From the NCBI RefSeq assembly GCF_006345805.1, contig NC_043009.1:53506001-53570000 (forward strand): 64,000 nt of DNA. Reading direction: 5' to 3'. Origin of the DNA: Octopus sinensis (taxonomy: Eukaryota). Position numbers and translations under genes: made by a program. The notes under the pieces were generated by a model. It did no database searches. It was given only the letters and a program-made list of their open reading frames with translations, and was not told the DNA's origin. Shown here one piece after another: positions 14,442 through 28,361 of the stretch (its first letter is position 1; each line of letters begins with the position of its first letter).

Positions 14442-15000
14442 TACAGCATGATGGGAACGGTTATATGAATGTGGTGTAAAAAAAACGTGCTGTTTTGCAC
14501 AAGTGCAAACAAACTGTGTACATTGGCACAATTTCCACCAAGTTTCAGTGCTCCAAATCATTAACGAGTGGTCTGATAATAGTGTAATTATGGGTCGTAA
14601 ATGTGACTTAACTACTTCAGAGAAATCTGTTAGCATTTCTGAACTTGTAAATGGTAAATCAATATTAAATATATCTAAAATAATTGGAAGCTGTGAAAAC
14701 ATTTGTTTACACCTCCTACTAAAATACGGAAGTGAGCGGACAAGTGTCATTCGAAGGGTAATTCTCAACTTTCCCTGTTATGGCTAAGAGTGAAGTTGTA
14801 AAGAACCAAAGTCTTACACATGGAGAATTTATCAAGAGCGTTGGCGAAATAACTATGTCCAGAACTACCCGATGTCGTCTTCTGAAAATGATAGGTAAAC
14901 CAATGGCATCAGTTAAAAAGCTTCCCTTAAAAACCAATACACATAGAAAATCGTCTGAAATGGGCAGAAAATAACATGGAGGTTGACTTCTCAAAAGTAT
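14442..15000 (+). mobile_element. Tc1-type transposon 5' half (DNA-binding domain)
   Basis: TA+CAG start at 14442. ATG 14590 gives MGRKCDLTTSEKS.., then KSEVVKNQSLT..SRTTRCRLLKMIG..KLPLKTNTHRK..LKWAENNMEVDFSKV, truncated just before the first catalytic D. Confidence 0.78.
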
Positions 15001-15643
15001 AATTAAAACCTTGCTAATAATTTGAAACGGTGAAAGTTTACGTAAATTTGGTAAATGAGAGAGTCAGGCAAAGGGGGAGGGAAAATGAGAAAAATATGTC
15101 TTAATTTAGGTATGCCAAAAGTATGCACTCTAACATGCATTGCAATATATTTAGGCTAATGCAGTATATCTTTCTGGTCTGACCAACCTGCACCACATCA
15201 GAGAAGACCCAGTGAAATAGAACAGTACATCGGGCTAAATAGATATAATGTATTGTCTGCACACACACACACAAGAACACACATGCCCATATATAAGCAC
15301 AACTATATATATATATATATATATAATTTGTATACTCATACACATATATGTAGTAGTATATAAATATATGCTAATTGTTGTGGCTTTAGTACGCTTATGT
15401 CCAGTAACTCGGACGTAATTATCTTTCGCAGCCGTTCATAGTATTTGAGGAAGCAAAGATCAAGTTTGTCAATACGAAAGCATATTGGAGATTTTTCTTT
15501 TACACGGAAAGGGAAATGTGTAATCTCATTATTTACACTAACCCTACTCTCTCATTCACTCTCTCTCTCTCTTTCTCCCGACATCAGAACACGTGATCTC
15601 ATATATATGTATTTATGTAAATATATGTATATCTCTCTCTCTC

Positions 15644-15688
<45 letters not shown>

Positions 15689-15998
15689 GTAGTGAGTGAG
15701 AGAAAGAGAGAGAGTCAAACATAGAGACACAGAGAGACAAACAAAGAGTGAAATAAGGAGGGAAATAAAGAAATTGGTAGGGAAGAATCTGCTGAAATAC
15801 TGTAATGGCAGTTTACTTCTTAATCGCAACAGGATGAAATCTAATGTTGCCACCAGTGTCGTTTGAACTGCGAATAGCGACAACTTGAACGAATATTGCA
15901 TTGCAGTGCAGCCAGTATTCTAATTACAAGGTCTTTTGGGTACCAGATCTAATCTAATGCAGCGTTCATACATACATACATCTTTCTCTCTGTCTCTG

Positions 15999-16045
<47 letters not shown>

Positions 16046-16062
16046 CTCTGTCTCTCTCTCTT

Positions 16063-16097
<35 letters not shown>

Positions 16098-16668
16098 TTC
16101 GATATAGGGACAACTGAAGAAGGGGAATATTCCTTGTGTTGTATGTCTTGTACTATGTTTTTTCGTCGTTTGAAAAAATTCCGTTTCCATTTTTTAGTTT
16201 TTATGTTTTCGTCTCTCATTGTGTTCAACGTTTTTTTGGTGTCCTGTACCCATATATGCATGTATATATACATACAGATGTAGGTATATACATATATGTG
16301 CACATATGTACCCATATATGCATGCATATATACATTTAGATGTAGGTATGTACATATATATATATGCATATGTTTACATATTATTTTGTTTATATATATA
16401 TATATATATGTGTGTGTTTGTGTGTGTATATGTATACATACATATATATATATACATATATATATGTGTGTGTGTGTATAACAAATGAAAGACAGAAGAT
16501 GGAATATACGAGAATTTATTATTAATCAAACGATTGTTACGACACATCTAACATCGATTCCTCTTAGTTGGGACACTCAGCAACTGGTTCAGGAGCATCC
16601 GGTGGTGCAGATGTAACTCGTCGCGATATAAATAAATAAATACAACTCGCTAAAATGACTGTTTCACA

Positions 16669-16722
<54 letters not shown>

Positions 16723-17889
16723 TATATATATATTATATAATATATATATATATATCATCATCATCATCATTTGCACATACTTAAACGCAGACACACATGT
16801 GAATATATATATATGTAACTACAAACGCACATACACGCATGTATGTTTGTTTTTACATACACACACATGAAGGAAGATAATGAACTGAAATTAAGAGAAC
16901 TTTGACATTGATCCAATTTTTCATGTAAAATTCAGCGTTTGGAGTCACATATATAAGTGCCGATAAGAAAATTGTTTCGCAACCGTATAGTTATGTATGC
17001 AATCCCATTGCTTGGCATCTCGAGCAAATTCGATTTTTTTCCTTTTTGTTATTAACGCATCTTTTGTGTGTAATCTGGTAAGCAGATTACATATACAAAC
17101 AGTAAACAGTTTCGAAATGGTAGGCGTTAGAGTTGAGTTTTACATTCAGTCTGTCATCTGGCCTAGCGCTCTCCATTGAACCTTCTGTGGGCTCAACATT
17201 GTTGTAAATATTCTGGACTGGCATTCAATTGCATGGCTTTCTCACAACTACCTGTTTTGCAGTTTCTATTGAGGGTCATATATACTGGTCTTTTTACTTT
17301 CAGTAATTGAACAAGCCCCCAGTAGTTTATCAATGTATGTACAAAAAGTATTGTTCTTCTATACAATATTAGAATTTAGTAATTTCATGATCCAGTAAGC
17401 AATTACTTACAGAACATAACAAGAAGGTTCTTCCTGCTCCGATATCCGTGATACATGTTAGAACTGATAAGCGTATGGTCTTTCCGTATCACACTACTAT
17501 ATGGAAATCTACTTGTAGGAATTCGTAGAAAATCAAACACTAACCAATCTTGTGTTGCAACAGCAATACACGCGATTACGTTTTATGTTTCAAAGAGAAG
17601 AGGGGTCGAGTAGAATATCACATATAAATAAACCAGCCAAATCTATTTAAAATCATACTCGACTTTAAAAAGAATGGACATATCGGTTAGCGACTGATAC
17701 ACACTGAAACTGAAAAAAATTTCGATGGTCAAAATACATAATATAATGAGAAGTATAGTATGACCGTAATGAGAGAACGGCCATAGTTGGAACTGACGTG
17801 ATTAAGGTTCTGCACTGTTAAAACTTGTACGGTATTAAAAAATAACACAGTCTCGCTATGGTGTAATGGATATAACGGATATTATTATA

Positions 17890-18267
17890 CCCGGGTTCAG
17901 TCCCACTGCGCGGCATCTTGGGCAAGTGTCTTCTGCTATAGCCCGGGGCCGACCAATGCCTTGTGAGTGGATTTGGTAGACGAAAACTGAAAGAAGCCTG
18001 TCGTATATATGTATATATATATATATGTGTGTATATGTGTGTGTGTGTGTTTGTGTGTCTGTGCTTGTCCCTCTAGCATTGCTTGACAACCGATGCTGGT
18101 GTGTTTACGTCCCCGTCACTTAATGGTTCGGCAAAAGAGACCGATAGAATAAGCACTGGGCTTACAAAGAATAAGTCCCGGGGTCGATTTGCTCGACTAA
18201 AGGCGGTGCTCCAGCATGGCCGCAGTCAAAATGACTGAAACAAGTAAAAGAGTAAAAGAGTAAAGAG
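17890..18267 (+). mobile_element. SINE family B (bipartite, internal TA/TG tract), 5'-truncated
   Basis: ccgggttcagtcccactgcg..cttgggcaagtgtcttc..gtgagtggatttggtagacg, then (TA/TG)n, then cttgacaaccgatgctggtgtgtttacg..ccagcatggccgcagtc, ending in a (gtaaaaga)n tail. Halves recur at 19081, 25381, 29604 and 48318. Confidence 0.88.
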
Positions 18268-18446
18268 CATTCACATTCTTGGCTCCATTTTAACCACAGG
18301 TCAATCGTCTATTCAAATAATGGAGTTAGAGTTGACCACGAAAATTATCAACAGTTTCAATCATCCTAGAGGACCCTTCCTACCTTTGTGTTGCAAACAA
18401 CAGACCAAAAATTTACAATGTAATTACAACCGTCCCCAAAACACAC

Positions 18447-18517
<71 letters not shown>

Positions 18518-18546
18518 ACTTTCTTTCTTTCTTTCTTTCTTCTTTC
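18447..18546. repeat. (TTTC)n microsatellite
   Basis: Directly visible. Confidence 0.95.
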
Positions 18547-19080
18547 GTTTTCTCTATTTTCTGTTTCTTTTCTCTTTCTTCCGGTTTCCCTAATTCCTTC
18601 CTGTCTTCCTTTCTATCTTTCTATCTTTCTTTCACAGACATACACACACATATATGCGAACGTATCTACACACACACATGCATAGGCACACATATATACA
18701 CACACTCATAAATACAAATATACATGCGCACACTTGTATATACACTCTTATAGGTTCAAAATAAAGAGGATTCCAATTCACTTGCAAATTTCTTCAACTA
18801 CCTCACCCCCCTCCCCGACACATATATATATATATTTAATATATATACATATGTAGAAGACAATGGTTTTGTAAAAAATTCATTTCTGATGAATCACTGA
18901 AACAAGATGAAAGGGTTAAATAAGTAATTATCTAAAGTTCTGACTACGTTTATCGTAATATATAAGACCTGTACACCACTTCAAACAATCTACACATTAA
19001 CACTCACACGCACACACAACACACACACACACACACAACACACACACACATACATACATATATGTATATGTGCGTGCCTT

Positions 19081-19300
19081 CGTATTTGTGATTGTTCTTC
19101 TCTTCCAACTGCTTGACAACCAATGTTACTTCGTTTACGTCCATGCAGCAGCGTTTGGTAAAAGAAAACGACAAAATACGTATCAGACATTAAACGTATA
19201 ACTACCGGGCACGATTTCTTCGATTAAACGCCACAAGTGTAGTGCACCAGCATGGCCGCATTTATATAACTGAAACAACTTACGGATAGAATATAAAGAA
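19081..19300 (+). mobile_element. SINE family B 3' half, diverged
   Basis: gcttgacaaccaatg..tttacgtcc..ccagcatggccgca..ctgaaacaa. Confidence 0.7.
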
Positions 19301-19810
19301 TCTGTGGCTTTGATATTCAAAGAAGCATGTTCTTTATAACGTCCTTCTGTATAATCGGTTTACTACTTCTCTTATTAATTCATTTAGATGTGTTTGCCTT
19401 ACTGTTCAGTTCACAAAATACAAATTATCATAAATCATGATTATTAGAAAATGTTCTTGAAAAGGCAAAATCTTTGCAATAATCCACAGCAGATTTATAA
19501 CTATGCAAAATTGATTAGAGTTTCCAACTTATACTATGACTAAATGTTATATAAAAATCATGTTTCACTTAGATACTTTGTTCATTAAATTCCGTTTAGA
19601 CTAGGTTAAAAGTACCTTGTGCACAGGAAATATATTGGTGATATACAAATTCATAAGTGCACAATAACACACAAACACACTGTTGCAAATTATGCGAAAA
19701 TTCAAATACGTAGACACATGGATTTTATGCACAAATATATTCATACATAAACACACGTTTGTGAATATATTAACCAACTTATACAAACGAACAAGGACAC
19801 GCCCATACGC

Positions 19811-19841
<31 letters not shown>

Positions 19842-19862
19842 CATATATATGTATACACACAC

Positions 19863-19912
<50 letters not shown>

Positions 19913-20628
19913 CACTATTATATGTGTGTGTAATTATTTGTGAAAGCACAAACACATACATACACAAACACATACATATTCACATATTCTCACAAGTACG
20001 TGCACACGTACATATGAATCTATTTGCGAGCATGTGTGACTTTGAATCTGTATGTGTTTAGGGGTCGGTTTTTATGTCTGTGTGAGCGCCCGTGCGCTTG
20101 TATGGACGTGAGTGGTTTTTTTACCATATAGAATTTTATAGATAAAATGACAAAGTAGCGCATTTCGATAAAATAGCTTTTTTGAATGCCTATGCAGGAA
20201 ATAGTTGAAATATTAAAGAGTCAAAGATTTAAACTACATAATAAAATGCAAAACTTCTTTTAATGACAACGGGGATGGCATCGGTTTATTGCAATGCGAA
20301 CGAAGACAACACTGTCATACAGCTTTCGTATATATATTCATGAGTGTAGACCATATCACTATCTTTCTGCTTGAAATACTAGCTATTCATACTGTCTTGT
20401 GATATATAGCTCGCCGGTAATATAATCCAAATTTGGAAAGAACGTAACCTACTATGGTGTTTTAGCGGAATTTTAAAGATATCGAACATTTACAAAAATG
20501 TGTTTGTCGTATGATTGTATCATTATTCGGAAATCTACTTACTTGAGGTTTGTGTACGTTATGTGTATGTGTGTAGGGGACTATCGATATATATGAAAAT
20601 ATAGACACACATATATGTATGTAATATG

Positions 20629-20669
<41 letters not shown>

Positions 20670-20730
20670 TATATATATATGTATATATAAGTACACCGAA
20701 GTACACACACAAAAATGGCATATAGTATGT

Positions 20731-20940
20731 AAGGATCCCATAAAATTCAAAAGATCACTTGACAAATTTATTAAAAAAAAACCGAAGCAATCTCCTGCAC
20801 CCGGGTATGCCTCCAGCAATAATAACTTTTTGCTAGAGTGGGCCATGGTGCCCTATATAGGATTGAAAGACTGCACCAGGTGGTGATATTAAGTTAGACA
20901 TGGCCTGGGTTTAAAATGACCGAAACCTATCAAAGATATC
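20731..20940 (+). mobile_element. CR1/L2-type LINE extreme 3' end
   Basis: KDPIKFKRSLDKFIKKKPKQSPAPGYASSNNNFLLEW fits the FK..LD.F...PD.P C-terminal signature of CR1-group ORF2. Confidence 0.65.
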
Positions 20941-20967
20941 GTAGCTCTACATATATATATATATATA

Positions 20968-21194
20968 TATAAAATATTATTCGAGACAAAACCACTATTT
21001 TGCAAAACAAACAAGGAAAGACTTAATCAATACATAAAATTTTTAAAATTTTATGTATTGATCAAGTCTTTCCTTGTTTGTTTTGCAAAATAGTGGTTTT
21101 GTCTCGAATAATATTTTATAATATTTTACTATAAAATCGATTTAATCCTAAATCTGATTTTTTCCCTGTAAATTTGGATTTATTCCCTAATATT

Positions 21195-21197
<3 letters not shown>
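20968..21197. mobile_element. (TA)n-flanked element: 153-bp palindrome plus ~75-bp unique tail
   Basis: 20968-21043 and 21045-21120 are reverse complements with one mismatch (21025/21063) around a single central T at 21044. TA runs lie on both sides. Confidence 0.8.
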
Positions 21198-21225
<28 letters not shown>

Positions 21226-21235
21226 GGAGAACAAA

Positions 21236-21700
21236 GTGTACGTCCGCCGCTATATATATAGCGATACAAAAAACAAGGACGGGTCATTCGAAGCTTTCTA
21301 TCCTCAGTCAAGAAGCAGATCATCCACGCAATTTCGGTTGATTAATCTTAAGATTGCTCCAGTCTGACCAGTCCCATGGAAAAACTAAGCTAAGAGCATT
21401 AGATTCCTTGGAAGAAAGCTTCGAATGTATACAAAAACAAGGACGGAAAAACAGACAATGTTACACAAAAGTCAATAAATACAATATAAATACGATATAA
21501 ATACAATAAAAATAATAACAGGACATAACAACAGGTGTCTTTCGACTGGGGACGAATTGAATTCAGCTGGCGCGTGTGGAAATGAAGCCTTACTGCAGAG
21601 ATACAACAGTTTTGCAAACAGGGAAGAAAATCGATGCTGCACGTACCATTTCAGACCCAAAAACAGAGCGAGGAGTCTGGCCTATCGGTCACGTGGGAAG
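21236..21700. mobile_element. Non-coding A-rich interspersed element, possibly a Penelope-derived pLTR
   Basis: 14-bp inverted repeat cattcgaagctttc (21285-21298) / gaaagcttcgaatg (21414-21427) and ~18-bp direct repeat atacaaaaa(a)caaggacgg (21264, 21429). Similar style to 57340-57870. Family assignment is inference. Confidence 0.45.
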
Positions 21701-22262
21701 AGAAGAGAGAGAAAATAGAAGCAGAGGAACAAAAGAATTAAGGAGGGGAAGAGAAGAGAGAGAGAGAGTTGTAGAAGCAGAAGAACAGAAGAATTAAGGA
21801 GGGGCGAGAAAAAATGACAAGGGCATAGTGAAGTGAAAAGTAGAGGGAAAGTGAGTAAGAAGAGAAGGCAAATATATTTGAGAGAGGGGGAACGAAAAAA
21901 GGAAGAGAGGAATGAACGTATAAAGGTTGATTAATGAACGAATGAAAAGGTTGATAGAAATAGAATAGTAGCTAGTACTTCTAGCATTAGGGTTGTCCAC
22001 GTGGTGGTCAGCCCTCTCATACGTATGCAATACAATTTACTGAAACTTCAGTTATTTAATATGCTAGACCACTGGTGTTAAATTGATCTTATCAAATTAA
22101 TATCCAATTTTTCACTCTCATTTTAATTATATATATATACATAAATATATATAACATATATTATATATTATATATTATATACATACATAACACAGATATA
22201 TATGTACATTTATATATAATTATATATATATAGAGAGAGAGAGAGAGAAAGAGAGAGAGAGT

Positions 22263-22321
<59 letters not shown>

Positions 22322-23205
22322 GTGCATACATGAATGCAAATATACATATGCACAACTATTGTGTTGATGATACTGAAATTCCATCGGGGTTGCTGTGGAT
22401 GTAGGTTAGAACCCGACTCTTCTCCATCCAAAAAAGTCCGCAAATAAAATCAAATGATAGTATGCCTACATACATGCTGTTATACCTAACAATTATTGTT
22501 CAAGGGCTCTTTACCCGATATGCTCTAGGAATCTTCAATTTTCGTATTTTCTATATTGATATAAATCGTTATTCCTTATTGATATAACATCGATGGATTA
22601 TATCATATATACGCAAGTTTTCAGTTAAAATATTCCCAGAAACTATATACCCAATGATCTCAATTCATAGAATATTTTCCGCATCTTTTATTTGTATGTC
22701 CTGTCATTTGAAAAAAAAAAAAAAAAAAAGGCACGAAGAATTTACACATCACAACATAAGCACATGGTCTTGTATGGAAAACACAAAAATAAAATAAGCT
22801 CTCTATTGCAGCATGCAGCCAAAGCCAAACCTTCATTGGATGCGATTCAAACATTCCTATGCACATCCTTCCAAAAAATGTTTTGAAGTAGGTTTCGACT
22901 TTCCTATGAGAATTTCTTCCAATTTCTATTACTGTCGAATATTATAGATACGAGATGTTCCTCTTCATATCACCATTATCATAGGATAAGAAACATGAAA
23001 TCGAATAACAGTTAGTAAAGTTATCAACTTTCAATCATTATTATAAGCCTATTCTATAGGCACCATCTTATCTTCTTCATACAACTTCTATCCTATAACA
23101 CAACTATATGTATCTGTATTTGTATTTATCTATCTATCTATCTATCTATCCACCTATCTAAATTCATAAGTCTATATACGCCTACATACATATATGTATG
23201 TATAA

Positions 23206-23254
<49 letters not shown>

Positions 23255-23382
23255 CTATATATATATATATTATATATTATATATACACGTACACACACAC
23301 ACATACAAATATATGTATATTGACTATTCGCGTCTTTGAAAATAGAAATCGAATCAACAGCAAACTACATTGCCTTAGAATA

Positions 23383-23626
23383 TTATTATCATTACTATTA
23401 ATATTATTATTGTTATTATTATTATTATTATTATTGCTGTTGTTGTTGTTGCTCTTGTTGCTACTGTTTTAGTTATTACTATAACCTGCCCACACAATAT
23501 ATATTCATGTTTAATTTTCTCATCCACTTTATAAACATATTCCGCCGTTTTCTGTCGAATACCGTCCATGGTATTCGCAATACGGTGCCCTTGTAGCCAA
23601 TAATAATAATAATAATAATAATAATG

Positions 23627-23671
<45 letters not shown>

Positions 23672-23725
23672 TTAACAACAACAACAACGTCGACGACGAC
23701 GACGATGATGATGATGATGATGATG

Positions 23726-23779
<54 letters not shown>

Positions 23780-23841
23780 TCAAAAAAGTCGACGACGATG
23801 ATGATGATGATGTTATGATGATGATGACGACGACGACGATA

Positions 23842-23873
<32 letters not shown>

Positions 23874-23898
23874 AATAATAATCATAATAATAATAATC

Positions 23899-23942
<44 letters not shown>

Positions 23943-24160
23943 TTTAAGATGAAGAAAAGAAGAAGAAAAGAAGAAGAAGAAGAAGAAGAAGAAGAAGAAG
24001 AAGAAGAAGAAGAAGAAGAAGAAGAAGAAGAAGAAGAAGAAGAAGAAGAAAAGAAGAAGAAGAAGAGAAGAAGAAGAAGAAGAAGAAGAAGAAGAAGAAG
24101 GAGGAGGAGGAGAAGAAGAAGAGCAGCAACAACAACAAAAGTAACTACACCAACAATGAA
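23383..24160. repeat. Compound trinucleotide array (TAT/TGT | AAT-AAC-GAC-GAT | GAA/GGA) around a ~130-bp unique core
   Basis: Directly visible. It generates the poly-I/L/E ORFs in the track. Confidence 0.95.
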
Positions 24161-24759
24161 AAAAGAAAAGTATATTGGGGATGATAATGAAAGAAATATT
24201 GGTGGTTATTCTGGTGCTGACAGTAATCGATTAAACTTATTTATTAAAATCTGTGAGGTGTAAATATTGTGTCTTGCAGAGTGAATCGGGTCTGCCAAAA
24301 AGCTTGAGAAAACTACATACATCATTAATACACCCAGATACATAAGCATATATGTGTGTGTGTGTTTGTGCGTGTGTGTGTGTGTGTGTGTGTCTGTGTG
24401 TGTGTTTGTGTTTACTGATAAAAACATACATACACCTACAGACATATTTAATGAATCGAAATTTCTGTCTATATAGAATAGCAGTGTATCAATAATTCCA
24501 ATACTTGAGGAAGAATGGAACGGGTGGAATGTGAAGGTATGCGAAAAAGTTTTGCTGTAGAAAATAAAACCTGACCAAAACGATGGAGTAATTGTTCTAC
24601 ATGTTAGAATGAGGAAAACCGGCAATCACGCACAGGCATCGTTTTGTCGTTAAGATGTACGCCTTGTAACATGGTTTCGAGCTATACATACATACATACA
24701 AACACAAACACATACACACACATATACATACATATCTACACTCACACACACAAACACAC

Positions 24760-24805
<46 letters not shown>

Positions 24806-25187
24806 GCATGTCCGTATATGAACGTGGTTTTTACGTTTTGTATACTTCCTTATGTTTTTTTCTGTATTGTTACTTTTAACCATGTTTTTGCTTGTGCTTG
24901 TGCGTATATAGTCGTATGTATGAACTTTTACGGTACGCGCGTGTGTGTATGAGTTTGTATATATATATGTGTATTCATTTGGCGAAAAATGCGAGTGAAC
25001 GTGTGTACGTTTTTATAGTGACGTATAAGTACGCACGTCGTCCGCGAGCGCACATGTGAGCGTATGAGTAGCCGCGTTTACGTGTTTACTATGAACTTTT
25101 AATCTTAATTGATATAAGTAGCGGAATTATAACACAGTAATTTCCCTTTATATAACGGTATTTTTTCATAGCGTTTTTCATATGGCC

Positions 25188-25250
25188 AGATAACCGAAGA
25201 GATGGTGTTGTGGATTTCCACTTCGGCATCCGAAACTCAGAGTTTTATTT
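25188..25250 (+). ncRNA. Type-I hammerhead ribozyme motif (U4C variant) inside a ~215-bp TA-flanked element (25130-25345)
   Basis: Stem I agataa/ttattt (6 bp including one G-U); core CCGAAGA 25194-25200; stem II gatg..catc; GAAAC 25232-25236; palindromic stem III AC-tcaga-GT; site GUU 25242-25244. Activity untested. Confidence 0.65.
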
Positions 25251-25380
25251 TGACTATTGTATAATAGTAACATATTATTTTATAGATAAATTTCCTCAAT
25301 TTACATAATATTGAGGTCTCTTTCTTTCTTTTGTTATCTTACCGTTTTTACCAATATATATATATATATATATATATAAT

Positions 25381-25590
25381 GTTTGTGTGCTTTCCTGATT
25401 GTTCTCTCAAGGTTTGGCAAGTGATTTTGGTTTGTTTATGTCCCTCTGTCTGATCCGTTCGGCAAAAAGGACCAGTAGAACAGGTTCTGGGCCAATGAAC
25501 AAATAAATAAATATTGGGGCAACTTTTTCGAGCCGATCAATGTCTAACTCTAGTATGGCCGCAGCCAAATGTCTGAAATAGGTAAATAAT
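25381..25590 (+). mobile_element. SINE family B 3' half, diverged; tail interrupted by SINE A
   Basis: ttcggcaaaaaggaccagtagaa..agtatggccgcagccaaatgtctgaaatagg. Confidence 0.65.
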
Positions 25591-25803
25591 CTTTTCTACT
25601 AGAAGCACAATGTTTGATATTTAGAGGAGGTGGTAGTCGATGTAATCGACCCCAGAGTTTCACTATTACTTAATCTATCGACCCCGAAAGAATAAAAGGC
25701 AAAGGCGACCTCAGTAGAATTTGAAATCAGAAGGTGAAGACGGACAATATACCGCTAAGAATTTCGTCCGGCGCGCTAATGATTCTGCCAGTTCGCCGCC
25801 TTC
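25591..25803 (-). mobile_element. SINE family A variant with 15-bp TSD
   Basis: TSD aaataggtaaataat at 25576-25590 and 25804-25818. Head and central box of family A, but a different 3' tail. Confidence 0.85.
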
Positions 25804-27548
25804 AAATAGGTAAATAATGAAAGATAGTTATAGAGCCACTGCAAAAACATTTATAAGGCATATTTAACTGAAGTTTAAAATGTATTACTAGAGACTGTAA
25901 ACTATGAATAGCTCTACCTTGTACTGAAGCTCAGTAAAGATATTCAAACACATATATATAGTATATGTATTGAATTATATTCCATCCACTCGGATGAAAT
26001 ATAATTATATATAACTAGCGGGACACGTGAGTATTTCACTGAATTAATGGTAAACTTATTGGATTATTTCTGAAAAAATTATTAAAAAAACCTGAAAGCG
26101 TAGTCTCCGTTGTGTCTGTATCAAAATATGGTCGTTCATCTGCTAATCATTAAAAATCCGAAGTGAAATATTAACAACCGCACGAACAACAACAGCAACA
26201 ACACCGGTTTATTGTAGCTATCATCAACATACATTTAAAATCGTTTACCTCACCTGCTCAAACTAGAACCTCACGTTCGCATTTTGCATTCACTGATATT
26301 GTTGGACGCAGATTCACCTATAGCATTTGTACATTTGACACCTCTTCACAATATACGTCAGAAGCCACATTCAGAGTACTATTTTACTCTCAAAGTATTA
26401 TTTAAAATTCGCAATAGCATTTACATTTCACTCTAAAATATACATTTTAAGTTTTGTGCTGCACCTTGAGAGGACCATTACACCAATAATAAACACAGGG
26501 ACCGGCTTTATTTTTCTATTGGTTAAATACTTAACCAATTAGTTAATCATTCATTTGACTAATAGCTCCGTCAAACAATCAGTTACTTTGGATTTTTCAA
26601 TGTTCTTTTGTCGCCATCTACGAACTCATGGACATGCATTTTGCGCTTCAGGTTTCCTCCAACTCTTTTTAGCTCTTACCTAGTTTACAGGTTCTAGTAT
26701 GTATTTCTTGAGAGAAAAAGAAAGTATATTTTTCGTGTGCGTATGCGCGTCTGTGTGTGTGTGTGTATGTGTGTGTGCGGGTGGGTATGTATGCCCGCTC
26801 AAGCTGCAACATCCAGGTTTCTTCCACGTCTTTCTAGCTCTTTCTCAGCTTACAGGTTCTAGTATATATATATTTCTTTGGAGAAAAAAGTATATTTCTC
26901 ATGTGTGTGTGTGTGTGTGCGTGCGTGCGTGTGTTTGTAAGACTCTGTGTGTGTGTGTGTTTGTGTGTGTTTGTGTGTATGTGCGTGCGTGTGTTTGTAA
27001 TACTGTGTGTGTGTGTGCGTGCGTGTGTTTGTAAGACTCTGTGTGTGTGTGTGGTGTGTGTGTGTGTTGACGCCCCGTCATGCTGCAACATCCCTCAAAG
27101 TGATGACCCAGCATTGCTGCCGCCATATTGATGGAGCGAATAAGATATTAAATATGTATGTGCGAGTGTGCGCTCTTGTGTGGGAGCAAAAATTAAATAG
27201 CCATTTCATACTCAGGCGCCTATTATCACTGATTCACATAACCCTCATTCAGATTAACATTTTATACATAGAATAACATATTGAACACTCGTCCTCATAT
27301 TTTCAGAGCAGATTTACATTCCATCCACATATTCACATGCCTCAGCAATATAGTAAATATTAAAGAAACTTTCACAGACGACATATTATTTATACCCAAT
27401 ATATTTATATTCATATCATTACACCTAAGACACAACTATGTTTCATTTTAATACATTCTAATAATGATATTTTTTATTCCCTTATTTATCTTTTATGTTT
27501 AGTTTGGAACAATGAAGTTCCAAAGTCCATTAATGATTATAGATATAA

Positions 27549-27585
<37 letters not shown>

Positions 27586-27604
27586 CACACACACATATAT
27601 ATAT

Positions 27605-27658
<54 letters not shown>

Positions 27659-27818
27659 CTTTAGACATATGCTTATGAATATATGTATATATACATATAT
27701 ATACATATATATATAAACATATGATACACACACACATATATATATATATATACGTATAAGTCTCTCTCTCTCTCTCTCTCTATATATAATATATATATAT
27801 ATATATAATATATATATA

Positions 27819-27863
<45 letters not shown>

Positions 27864-28328
27864 TGTGTGTGTGTATCATATGTTTATATATGTATATGTA
27901 TATATATATGTAGATATACATACATTCACAAACATATGACTAAAGTAATGGAATTATTTATGCATGTATACACACAAACACACACACAAACACACAAACA
28001 CACAAACAAAACACGGGTGCGTGCTTTGTAATGTATACGTCTGTGTGAAAATCGAAGGGAAGAGGCAGGGATAATATACATAGGAGGGAGGGTGAATCTC
28101 GTCGAATTCTTTTCTATAAAAAATTTATAAAACATTAAATAAAAATTATTTAATGCGTTTTTCAAAGGAGATATCTCATGTACAACGTACCATTGGCTGT
28201 TTAGCAACTCAGATATGAATACAGACACAGGCCGCACATACGCATATGTATATGTATATACACGCATACATATATACATATATACACATAAATACATACA
28301 TACATACATATATATATATATAATATAT

Positions 28329-28361
<33 letters not shown>

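Noticed and set aside
18886-18910. CTGATGA..GAAAC matches at 18886, 4332, 51845 (-), 59989 and 21300 (-)
   Set aside because: Stem I or II pairing or a valid NUH site is missing; the 4332 match lies in mariner coding sequence and 59989 overlaps a mariner-like fragment.
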